DNA from: a virus | Taxonomy: Duplodnaviria; Caudoviricetes | Virus record (IMG/VR): IMGVR_UViG_3300021420_000004 | Span: 1 to 62,116 of that record | Length of the DNA stretch: 62,116 nt | Strand: one strand, 5' to 3' | Part shown: piece after piece, positions 37,023 to 46,038 of the stretch | How the letters are laid out: the number at the start of each line of letters is the position of its first letter | How positions within the stretch are numbered: the first letter of the stretch is position 1 | Made by a program: the position numbers and the translations under genes | Notes under the pieces: model-generated | What the model saw: the letters and a program-made list of their open reading frames with translations, nothing else | What the model was told of the DNA's origin: nothing | The model's database searches: none

Positions 37023-37208
37023 ATGATTTCAATCGTTGAGCTTGTACTCTCGTTGTTATCAACCACGCTGGCGAACCTAAAGGGAACCGGCGCGGAGCAG
37101 GCTATCATCACCGACGTAGAAGCGGCTATCACCGCGCTGGAGAAAGTCCAAGGGACGCCGGTCACGATGGGTCAGTTGGAATCGCTGCGAGCGAAGGTGA
37201 CCTTCTGA
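37023..37208 (+). CDS. small amphipathic protein
   Basis: AAGGAG SD. Confidence 0.6.
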   Translation: MISIVELVLSLLSTTLANLKGTGAEQAIITDVEAAITALEKVQGTPVTMGQLESLRAKVTF

Positions 37209-37390
37209 TGGCGAACAAGGAAGGTTATCCCTGGTCCTGCGAGCGCGACGGGATGAACGTGAAGGATATCGCGGAGCGCCCGACCATCGGCCTGACGAAG
37301 ACTCACACCGAGCGCCACGACTCCGAGACCGGACGCAACGTCGAAGAAGAAGCGCAACCGGTGAATCAGACAGGCCGACGGATGCCCTGA
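37208..37390 (+). CDS. hypothetical protein
   Basis: TGATG coupling on both sides. Confidence 0.55.
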   Translation: MANKEGYPWSCERDGMNVKDIAERPTIGLTKTHTERHDSETGRNVEEEAQPVNQTGRRMP

Positions 37391-37557
37391 TGCCGATCTC
37401 GAAACATTACGGCGGTCACGGCTCCGAGGTGATGTCGTCGATGAAGAAGACCTACGACCCTGAGACGGCTAAACGGGTCTTCTACGCGACTGAGAACAAA
37501 CGTAAGAACGAGAAGAAGTCGAAGAAGAAGTCGAAGCGCAAGGGAGGCAGCAAGTAA
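37390..37557 (+). CDS. small Lys-rich phage protein (55 aa, not in ORF track)
   Basis: MPISKHYGGHGSEVMSSMKKTY...KRVFYATENK...KSKKKSKRK. Confidence 0.65.
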   Translation: MPISKHYGGHGSEVMSSMKKTYDPETAKRVFYATENKRKNEKKSKKKSKRKGGSK

Positions 37558-37560
37558 CGT

Positions 37561-39870
37561 GTGGCTACCCTCGTCCATAGCACTTACTTCCACTCCGTCG
37601 GCGGAAGCACGAATCCGGTTGTATCCCTGTCCGCCGAATCCACCGCAAGCAACTGGGTACTCGTTTATGTGATCGCTGACTTCGGTCAGCAATGGACGCT
37701 TATCAGCGATCAAGGGGAATCCTTCTCCCCGGTTGGCATAACCAGCGGTTCCGCTCCATTCAACGCGGTGTTCTGGCTGCTCGAATCCACTAAAACTTGT
37801 TCCTCGATTACCTTTACTAGCACCCACGGCGGGTCGAACAATCTTTATTACGCTGGCATATTTGAGGTCAGCGGCACCGGACTCCAGTACGTTAATCAGG
37901 GCGGGGTTAATGGCGGCGGTAGTCACAGCACACACGCCTTCGAGACCAGCCATTTCGCCACTAGCGTGCAACTCGCGGCGATGGCAGGCTCTGGTACGGG
38001 GACGACGATGTACTTCTCGGGATGCGCTGGCGGCGCGGCGTTCCCTCCTGCGTCGTTCTCGGTCACCGGGGGGTGGACGCTCGATCAGCTTACGGTCCTA
38101 TCTGACTATCAGATCGCCAGCGGATATTTGTCATCCTCTGGCACGCAGCAACCGACCTATAGCTGGACAGCAGCTTCAGCGCAGTTAGATGCGGCAGGGA
38201 TTTACATTCAGGACAGCGTGACCACCGTCGCCACAACCACCACCGTCGTCAGCAACGACGACCCCTCCTTCGTCGGCGCATCCGTCACTTTTACCGCCAC
38301 GGTCAACGGTCCCGGCGGAACCGGCTCTCCTACAGGCACCGTAACCTTCAACATCGACGGATCGAACGTCGCCACGGTCGCGGTCAGCGCGGTCTCGACC
38401 GGAGTCTCGCAGGCGCAGTACTCTACCTCGTCGCTCTCGCTTGGCATCCATCCGGTTCAGGCGTCGTATTCCGGCGACTCTCAATACCTCGCGTCTGTAT
38501 CCTCTCCCATCGACCAGATCGTCGTGCAGCAATGCCCGTTCCCGTTCGGCACTGCGCTTCAGGAATTAGCCAATCGACTATACGACTCGACGATGCAGTT
38601 CTGGTCGCCTGCCGAACTCGTCTACTATATGCAGGAGGCATTCCGCACTTGGAACGCGCTGACATCGTACTGGCGCGGAGACTTCACCTTTCCGACGCAG
38701 CAAGGAGTTGTGTTCTATGACATTACCAACGCTACCACGGCCCCAAACACTATCCGACCCCACACGATCACGGACCAATACCTGTATAACATTATCGAAT
38801 ATCACTTGCTTGAACCCGTGGTGGGGGCTGGACCTTGGACCGGATCGCTCCAGTTCGATATCGACGATATACTTAATGCCGTACAGCGTCGTGATAATGA
38901 AATCCTGGGCGTCACCGGATGCTCTGTCACTCACTTCACGACCGTAGCCGCGCCGGACCGCATTTACCTACCGAACACAACCTTGGAGATTCGCCGCGTG
39001 GCCTACGTCCCCGGCTCCGGCGAAGGCTCGACCGTCCCAATGTTCCAAGACGACACTTGGGGCATTGGCGCGTACCAGCCGTCCTACACGACCCAGCCGC
39101 CGGGGACGCCATCCACTTACCGTGTCTCGACTGAGCCGGTTCTATCATTCGACGCGGATGTCCCACCGCTCCCGGGGCAATATGATCTGGTGACAATCCA
39201 AGCGGGACCGCAACTGGTGACGACGCAGGCGAGCACCTTCACGATCCCTGATGATTGGACGTGGGTCCTGAAATGGGGAGCGCTGGCGGATCTACTCGGG
39301 AAGGAATCCAATGCGAAGGACTTACTTCGTGCCAAATATGCCGAGGGTCGATATAAGCAAGGTCTAGCTCTCTTATCCGCCGCCTCCGCCGTTCTCGCTA
39401 TTCGAGCGAATAATGCCCCTCTTCAAATCGACGCCCTCAAGTCCGCCGACCTCTACAATCCCACATGGCAAGGCCAAGCTCAAGGACCTCCAACCGAAGC
39501 CATGACCGCTGGGCTTAACCTGATCGTGGTGCCGCCGCCGGACGCTGGTCCTTATTCTATGACCGCGACCGTGGTCGAGAATGCTCCGGTGCCCGTCCTC
39601 GTCAGCGATTGCCTTCAGGTAACGCAGGATGTGTTCGATGTGATCCTCGACTACGCGCAGCACCTAGCGATGTTCAAATGCGGCGGAGAGGAATTCCTCG
39701 CCACGCAACCACTCCTGCAACGCTTCATGCAACTGGCTGCGTTATACTCGTCGAAGCTGGCCGAGCAAGGAGAGTTCACGAAGATTCTCTATGCGATTTC
39801 GCAGGACGAGGCGAATATGAATCCGCGATACACGCCGGACAGCGATCCAGCAGCGGGCGGTGACGAGTGA
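37561..39870 (+). CDS. tail protein: beta-rich N-terminal domain + Big_3-like Ig domain + adaptor-like C-terminus
   Basis: TTTTVVS..PSFVGASVTFTATV..PTGTVTF..H.V.ASYSGD..Y..S.S; then LANRLYD..FWSPAEL..Y. Confidence 0.7.
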   Translation: MATLVHSTYFHSVGGSTNPVVSLSAESTASNWVLVYVIADFGQQWTLISDQGESFSPVGITSGSAPFNAVFWLLESTKTCSSITFTSTHGGSNNLYYAGIFEVSGTGLQYVNQGGVNGGGSHSTHAFETSHFATSVQLAAMAGSGTGTTMYFSGCAGGAAFPPASFSVTGGWTLDQLTVLSDYQIASGYLSSSGTQQPTYSWTAASAQLDAAGIYIQDSVTTVATTTTVVSNDDPSFVGASVTFTATVNGPGGTGSPTGTVTFNIDGSNVATVAVSAVSTGVSQAQYSTSSLSLGIHPVQASYSGDSQYLASVSSPIDQIVVQQCPFPFGTALQELANRLYDSTMQFWSPAELVYYMQEAFRTWNALTSYWRGDFTFPTQQGVVFYDITNATTAPNTIRPHTITDQYLYNIIEYHLLEPVVGAGPWTGSLQFDIDDILNAVQRRDNEILGVTGCSVTHFTTVAAPDRIYLPNTTLEIRRVAYVPGSGEGSTVPMFQDDTWGIGAYQPSYTTQPPGTPSTYRVSTEPVLSFDADVPPLPGQYDLVTIQAGPQLVTTQASTFTIPDDWTWVLKWGALADLLGKESNAKDLLRAKYAEGRYKQGLALLSAASAVLAIRANNAPLQIDALKSADLYNPTWQGQAQGPPTEAMTAGLNLIVVPPPDAGPYSMTATVVENAPVPVLVSDCLQVTQDVFDVILDYAQHLAMFKCGGEEFLATQPLLQRFMQLAALYSSKLAEQGEFTKILYAISQDEANMNPRYTPDSDPAAGGDE

Positions 39871-42800
39871 GCGACTATCAGCGACCGAAGGATGGCTTCC
39901 GCTACTCCCATGGCGGCGTCAAGCTCACCGACACGCCTGACGCCATCCCTCCCGGCAAATACGCCGCCCTCGTCAACGTCCGCGCCGTCACCGACAACTC
40001 TCTCCGCACCCGCCCTGGCATGGTACAGCTATTCACCACGAACGGCTCGAACATCACCGATCTCCGCGCTTACTCGACGCTCAACTCGGATAACAAGCCA
40101 AGATTCCTGACGCGCAACGGCAACGACACAATCTGGCTCGACAACGGCGCTCAGGTCGGCACTATGCTTGGCGGCGGCGCATCCCTTGGCGCGGCGATGA
40201 TTCCATTCCGCCCGAACGAATCCCCAACGCCTTACATGTATATCGCCACGGGAAACGACTATCGGAAGTTTTCCGCGCCGTCCTCATCGGATGCCGTGAT
40301 CCAACATAACGCCGGAATCGCCGAACCTCAGGTCGCCCCTAGCGTAGGCATTAGCAATTTCAACTTGGCCTTCATGGGAGAGCCTGCTGGCGGCTCCTAC
40401 ACAACCGGCGGCGTGGCATCCGGTCTCAGCATCGGCGGACGCATTAACGATGTCGTGCAGGGAGTGTTCCCCGATCCGACCGGACTTGGCATCGCATCCG
40501 TGCAAGTCGCAGGCGGTGGATCGCTTGCCGCTGGCGTTTATCTCTCTGGCACTGTCCTTGCCTACCTCTGGCCTCGACTCTCCTATGAGCAAGGCGCGTT
40601 CGGACGTTACTACCCGACTCCGACCAGCGGCGCATCCGCGACCGGCGCGGGCTCCTCGATTATGTTCAACCCGCCACAGTACAACGGCACCACTGATCCC
40701 ATCGTGCAGCCGATGGAATGGGCGCAGGTGAGCGCCACAGGGACGATCACTGGATACGTCCCAGTGCCAACCGCAGGCGGGACGGTCGGATATCAGAACT
40801 ATGACATGGTGGTTCTCGCGTCTCTGTTCGTTCCGCAGCCAGGGAATTACACCATCAACATAAACCACGACGACGGAATCATATTCGCTATCCAAGGGGC
40901 CAAGCTGGTCAGCGGTCCCGCCGCCGATCCCTTCTTCAACCATACGCAGACGGCGGTCAACGGGTACACTTTCTCCGCTGGGTCTTCTGCCGCCGTCGGG
41001 GGGACCAACGAATCTGGCTATCGCACCGAGACATTCGTCGTCAACTTTCCTGCCGCTGGTAACTATCCCATCGAGATCGACTATTCACAGTGGGTGAATA
41101 ATCAGGCGCTCGTGCTGCTTAACAACGGATCAATCCTCAAGCAGGCGACAGGAATCGCTGGCTATCAACGTGGAATGGCGATCATCATTAACTCCGGTCT
41201 CTACACGGTTGAGGATGTCTATCCGCCGCTGCCGCAATCGCTCAGCATTCAGGGGATCGCCTACCTCAGCGGCACCACCGGGGAATGCGTTGTGGTCCCC
41301 ACCTCTCTTGGCTCTGGTCCTGGGATCGACGACGCCTCGATCTACGAGGAAGGTGTGCTGGCGTCCCTCCGTCGGGGATGCCTCGTCCAGATTGGCTCGG
41401 AGGTGTGCTTCGTCTACGATGTCGAGACTGGACCGAACGGGACGGTATGCTTTACCACGTTCACGACCGTCAATCATACTGCCGCCGAGACGATCAAGGG
41501 AGTCCCGGCGATCTCCGTATTCCTCCCCGGAGCCGCCGTCGGCATGACTATCACCTCGCCGGATGTTCTATTCTCGGTGACTCCTAGCGGTGGCAATACA
41601 GTCGGCACTGTTACCTCGCCGCAGAACGTCAATCCATTTTCCATCGCCGAAGCGCAGCCGCAGGATTACCTTCACCTCTCGTTGAACGTCGATAACCTTG
41701 ATAACCTCACCGAGGCGAAGATCCTGTTCGATGTGGGTGACGGCAGCTTCACGGAGAACTTCTATTACTACGCCATCCGCCCGAACGACATCGCGCTCGG
41801 AGTTTCCAATGGCCTGACGCAACTCGGCGTGGCGCAACTGGTCGCGCAACGCGCTGCCATCGATGAGGAGAAAGCAGCCGAGACGAACAATCAGGGACCC
41901 ACATTCACCAGCGGGCAATCCGCGACTGGGACTTCCCAATGGGGCGAGTTGGAATTTGCTATCACCGAACTGACCCGCGTCGGCAACGACGAATCGAAGA
42001 CCTTACAGAATCTCAACGCGATCCAAATCCTGATCAACGCCAGCGCGGTCGTCAACGTCTCGTTCAACTCGGTCTATGTCAAAGGTGGATACTCGCCTGA
42101 CGTGGGAGCATCCGGCGCACCTTACCTCTATCGCGTGCGGCCACGATCCTCGGTCACCGGAGTCAAAGGGAATCCCTCCCCTGCGACCCGCTACGGCACG
42201 AATCCCCGGCGGCAACAGGTGACTGTGCAATGCCCATCGGCGGTTTACGATCCGCAGATCGACACTTGGGATATCTTCCGCTACGGCGGGACGGTAACTT
42301 CGTGGCGTTATATCGGGCAGATTCCCTCGGCGGGGAGTCCTTACTTTTATGATAACTACTCCGACGACTCCGCGAACGCTGGCGAGGCGTTGGACTTCGA
42401 CAATTACCAGCCATGGCCGTCCATCGACATCCCTCTGAACGTCACCGCGAGCGTCGTCACTGGCACCTTAGCCCTTGTCAACATCCCCGGCGCAACCAAC
42501 ATCCTCCGCTACCTCCCCGGCAACGAAGTGAAGATCGGAGGGACCAACGTCTACACGCTTCAGACGCGGCCCACGCTTCTATCCGGCACGACCTACCTCC
42601 TACGATTCGTCGAGAACGCCGGATACTCCCCCAACTCTACTCTTTCGATCTACGAGCCCGCGCTCGCGCAGCAACGCCTCCCGTACATGTGGGGACCGGA
42701 CGCCGACGGGACGTTCTTCGCCACGGGCGATCCGCTGCGCCCCGGATTCTTCTCGACATCGAAGACTAATAATCCCGACTCCGCGCCGGACACTTACGCG

Positions 42801-44390
42801 CAGGAGTTGAGCACGCCATCGGAGCCCCTGCTCGGCGGAGAAATCATCGACGGGGTGTCCTATATCGCGTCCACGGAACGCTGGTGGCGGCTTTACCCGC
42901 AACTCGAAAACGAAGCGCAACGCTACAATCCAGTCCAGCAGGCGATCCCGCGCGGACTCGCGGCTCCTTATGGCAAATGCACCGACGGCGCGTCGATAAC
43001 TTGGTGGGCCAAGGACGGCATCTGGGACAGCAAGGAAGGATCGCTGACCGACGCGGACCTCTATCCACTGTTCCCGCACGACGGCGTGGTCGGACAAGAA
43101 GTCACCTACGGCCCGATTACCTACACGCCGCCGAACTATTCCAGCGCAGCCACCTTTAGGATCGAGACAGCGAATGGATTCATCTACGCGAGCTATAAAG
43201 ATACCCTTAATATCTATCGAACCCTTGTATATGACCGCAAGCGCAAGGCGTGGTCCTTGGATTCCTACGGAACCGCCGCGACGGTGACTTACCATATCGA
43301 GCAGCAAGATGGAACGCTGTTGTCGAACACCGCTCGATATCCATCACTAGTGTATGGTCTGACGGATGGAGTGGTGGCATCGCAGCAGGAGCTAACCAAC
43401 GATCTCATAACTCCCATCTCAGTTACTATCGCCACGAACGAATGGCCGGGGGGAGATATTCGCGCCGGGATGCAGTGGGGCGACCTATGGCTGGACTCCA
43501 CGCCTGCGTCTCAGATCACCGCGACTCCGATGGCATTCGGCGCTCAGGCATCTCCTCCCGTTGCCGTCGGCCCGCAATCCTCCCGGCTCCAGACTCCGAT
43601 CTCCCTCGGCGGAGAACTGCTCTCCGACTTCCTTGGCCTGATGACAACGTGGACGGACGACTTCTCTTCGATCACGACGCAGACGAAGGTTCACATCTGG
43701 CAACCGTCGCTGATCCCGAAGCCAGAGACCATCGACGACCGATTCACCGATTGGTATTCCGCTGGGGACGACGATTCCGCGCAGCCCGCCGCGTGGTGGC
43801 AGGGATTCGTGCTGCACGCGGATACTTTTAACGCCGTCAAGGGATTGCAGGTGCGGGACGCGGATTCCGGCGCGATCCATCCGTTCACGCCTATCGTGCA
43901 GCACAACGGCGAGCAGACGAAGGCGTACTCGTTCAACACGCCGTTCATCGCCCACCTCGTTCGCATTGAGCCCACGGATCAGCTTCCGTGGAGGATGTTT
44001 GATATGGTATGGGTAAGTCAGCCGACACCGGAGGCGGCGGAGACATGGCAGACGCAGGGAACATCGTTCGGGTACAACGGGTACTCGCATATCCAGAGGA
44101 TCGTCGGGGCGTATGCAGCTACACAGCCTGTTACCGTGACCATCACCAGCTTCGATGGACAATCTCCAGCCGTGATCACGCTGCCTTCGACCGGAGGAGC
44201 CTACGAGAAGATTCTCCAAGTGCTGACAGCGAACAAGGGACAACTGTACTTCTTCAAGGCGACCAGCGCCGCGCCGTTCCAACTCTACCTCGATGACTGG
44301 GAAATCCTCGTCGGCAACTGGGGCCGTCAGGGGAACTACTTGACTTACAAGTCGCTCGGTGGCAAGGTGGGGGCGGAGGCGCATATATGA
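39867..44390 (+). CDS. large tail nozzle/stabilisation-like protein with a PA14-like insertion
   Basis: 1507 aa, beta-rich; PDAIPPGKY..LVNVR N-terminus; GNYTININHDDG..YPIEIDY. Confidence 0.65.
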   Translation: MSDYQRPKDGFRYSHGGVKLTDTPDAIPPGKYAALVNVRAVTDNSLRTRPGMVQLFTTNGSNITDLRAYSTLNSDNKPRFLTRNGNDTIWLDNGAQVGTMLGGGASLGAAMIPFRPNESPTPYMYIATGNDYRKFSAPSSSDAVIQHNAGIAEPQVAPSVGISNFNLAFMGEPAGGSYTTGGVASGLSIGGRINDVVQGVFPDPTGLGIASVQVAGGGSLAAGVYLSGTVLAYLWPRLSYEQGAFGRYYPTPTSGASATGAGSSIMFNPPQYNGTTDPIVQPMEWAQVSATGTITGYVPVPTAGGTVGYQNYDMVVLASLFVPQPGNYTININHDDGIIFAIQGAKLVSGPAADPFFNHTQTAVNGYTFSAGSSAAVGGTNESGYRTETFVVNFPAAGNYPIEIDYSQWVNNQALVLLNNGSILKQATGIAGYQRGMAIIINSGLYTVEDVYPPLPQSLSIQGIAYLSGTTGECVVVPTSLGSGPGIDDASIYEEGVLASLRRGCLVQIGSEVCFVYDVETGPNGTVCFTTFTTVNHTAAETIKGVPAISVFLPGAAVGMTITSPDVLFSVTPSGGNTVGTVTSPQNVNPFSIAEAQPQDYLHLSLNVDNLDNLTEAKILFDVGDGSFTENFYYYAIRPNDIALGVSNGLTQLGVAQLVAQRAAIDEEKAAETNNQGPTFTSGQSATGTSQWGELEFAITELTRVGNDESKTLQNLNAIQILINASAVVNVSFNSVYVKGGYSPDVGASGAPYLYRVRPRSSVTGVKGNPSPATRYGTNPRRQQVTVQCPSAVYDPQIDTWDIFRYGGTVTSWRYIGQIPSAGSPYFYDNYSDDSANAGEALDFDNYQPWPSIDIPLNVTASVVTGTLALVNIPGATNILRYLPGNEVKIGGTNVYTLQTRPTLLSGTTYLLRFVENAGYSPNSTLSIYEPALAQQRLPYMWGPDADGTFFATGDPLRPGFFSTSKTNNPDSAPDTYAQELSTPSEPLLGGEIIDGVSYIASTERWWRLYPQLENEAQRYNPVQQAIPRGLAAPYGKCTDGASITWWAKDGIWDSKEGSLTDADLYPLFPHDGVVGQEVTYGPITYTPPNYSSAATFRIETANGFIYASYKDTLNIYRTLVYDRKRKAWSLDSYGTAATVTYHIEQQDGTLLSNTARYPSLVYGLTDGVVASQQELTNDLITPISVTIATNEWPGGDIRAGMQWGDLWLDSTPASQITATPMAFGAQASPPVAVGPQSSRLQTPISLGGELLSDFLGLMTTWTDDFSSITTQTKVHIWQPSLIPKPETIDDRFTDWYSAGDDDSAQPAAWWQGFVLHADTFNAVKGLQVRDADSGAIHPFTPIVQHNGEQTKAYSFNTPFIAHLVRIEPTDQLPWRMFDMVWVSQPTPEAAETWQTQGTSFGYNGYSHIQRIVGAYAATQPVTVTITSFDGQSPAVITLPSTGGAYEKILQVLTANKGQLYFFKATSAAPFQLYLDDWEILVGNWGRQGNYLTYKSLGGKVGAEAHI

Positions 44391-45202
44391 GTATCGTCCC
44401 GGTTGATATCGCCGATCTCGTGAAGCACACCGGCCTGCGGTGGGCCGAGCGTCCGGTTAAGCCTCCACAATTATCTCCAGTCGCTGAAGAGTGGGCCTTC
44501 GTTGGCGGAGAGCACATCTCCAAGAACATCGGCGTGGCCGTCGGACTCGTCTGCTCTGGTCGCTATTGCCCGCCGGAATGGGGATTCGCCTTGGGGATGC
44601 TAGAAATCCCGCCGGGATCGAATCGAATATTCCTGATGCAGAAGGGAATCCAGCGGGACGTGGCGCGGCAAGCGGTCGCGGAGATGGCGGTTCAGGTGAA
44701 CGCGCGGAATCTCCTGTTCATCGACGATGATAATCCTCCTCCGAGGGATACTGTCTACAAGCTGATGCAGACGCTTGACTCCGCTGACGACGACGTGGCC
44801 GTGTGCGCTGGCATCTACACTACTAAGACGAATCCCCCTTCGCCGCTCGTGTTCGAGTCCGAGGGCTCCGGTCCAATGTGGCGATGGAAGCGTGGGGACA
44901 TATTCGAGTGCGGCGTGATCGCTACCGGCTGCATGATGATCCGCACCTCGGCGTTACTCAAGCTGCCGAAGCCTTGGTTCGTCGATGTGACCTCGGTCGC
45001 GCAGGCGAAGGATCTGGGACTGCTGGCGTGGGAATCCCACGCGACTCACTTCGAGATGACGGATGATGTGTACTTCTGCCGGAAGATTCGAGACGCGGGG
45101 TTCAAGTTGCTGGCGCATGGGGGCGTGTTGCCATCCCACTATGACGAGTTCGGGAACGCCTACTTCCTCCCTGACGACAGCTATCCTATGGTGCCTCGGT
45201 GA
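44387..45202 (+). CDS. GT-A fold (GT2-like) glycosyltransferase
   Basis: LLFIDDD, ATGCMMIR, PKPWF, TDDVYFCRK..AGFK. Confidence 0.85.
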   Translation: MSIVPVDIADLVKHTGLRWAERPVKPPQLSPVAEEWAFVGGEHISKNIGVAVGLVCSGRYCPPEWGFALGMLEIPPGSNRIFLMQKGIQRDVARQAVAEMAVQVNARNLLFIDDDNPPPRDTVYKLMQTLDSADDDVAVCAGIYTTKTNPPSPLVFESEGSGPMWRWKRGDIFECGVIATGCMMIRTSALLKLPKPWFVDVTSVAQAKDLGLLAWESHATHFEMTDDVYFCRKIRDAGFKLLAHGGVLPSHYDEFGNAYFLPDDSYPMVPR

Positions 45203-45480
45203 GCCGTTACTATCCCCAAGGCCACGGCCCTCGGCTCGACGAAGACCTCCGCCTCCTCTACGATCACATGTACTCGCAGCAGGACAAGGCGAGGACAGGG
45301 AAGCCTTCCGCGCCGTCCGCGATCATCAAACCGGGCGGTCCATCGAACACTCAAATCGCTGGTCTCAACGTGCGCGGCATCCCTCCCCAATCCGGCGCAA
45401 GTGTGACGACGCTATCCAAGATACCTGTTCTAGGGTACGATATGGCGAGCGGAGATATTTCTTGGTTTATTCCGATGTAA
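45199..45480 (+). CDS. hypothetical virion-associated protein
   Basis: GTGA coupling. Confidence 0.55.
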   Translation: MSRYYPQGHGPRLDEDLRLLYDHMYSQQDKARTGKPSAPSAIIKPGGPSNTQIAGLNVRGIPPQSGASVTTLSKIPVLGYDMASGDISWFIPM

Positions 45481-45591
45481 AGTAGTATTCTTGGCACGAT
45501 AGAGATTCTTGCTGGGGTTCCTTACTGGGTTGGGACCCGCCACAAGGCTCATGGGCATCACGCTCATGGGCCTTTTGCTTTGGAGGAATAA

Positions 45592-46038
45592 ATGGCAACG
45601 CAGTCGGTTGAGATAGATGAGTATGGACCGGATTGGCCGTTAGGATTGATTGCGGTGGTTACGCCAGGGACGCCCGTGTCGATCATGTCGCTGGTCGATC
45701 CTTCGGCGGTCAACGCTCCGAACAATCCCACGCCGACCGGGACCGATACCGAGTTTGAATATTCCCCGTCGGTCCAGCAGATTGCGTTCCTCGCCGTCAA
45801 AGCAGGCGCGTCACATGGCACCCAGAATAACACGGGGAATATCTATATCGTCCGCAAGGGCGTGCAGGGCGCGGGCAACCGGGACGACTACGGCGCGATG
45901 GTCTGGGCGTTGGGACCGGGGCAGAATTTATTCCTATCGTCGGCTCCGTTGGAGCGGAACGTGTTCTCTCCTTATCGTTATTACATTGACGCTGACAATG
46001 CTGGGGATAGTTGCCTAGTGACGTTGCTAATCGCATGA
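45592..46038 (+). CDS. virion structural protein (putative)
   Basis: GGAGG SD; NTGNIYI..YYIDADNAGD. Confidence 0.65.
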   Translation: MATQSVEIDEYGPDWPLGLIAVVTPGTPVSIMSLVDPSAVNAPNNPTPTGTDTEFEYSPSVQQIAFLAVKAGASHGTQNNTGNIYIVRKGVQGAGNRDDYGAMVWALGPGQNLFLSSAPLERNVFSPYRYYIDADNAGDSCLVTLLIA

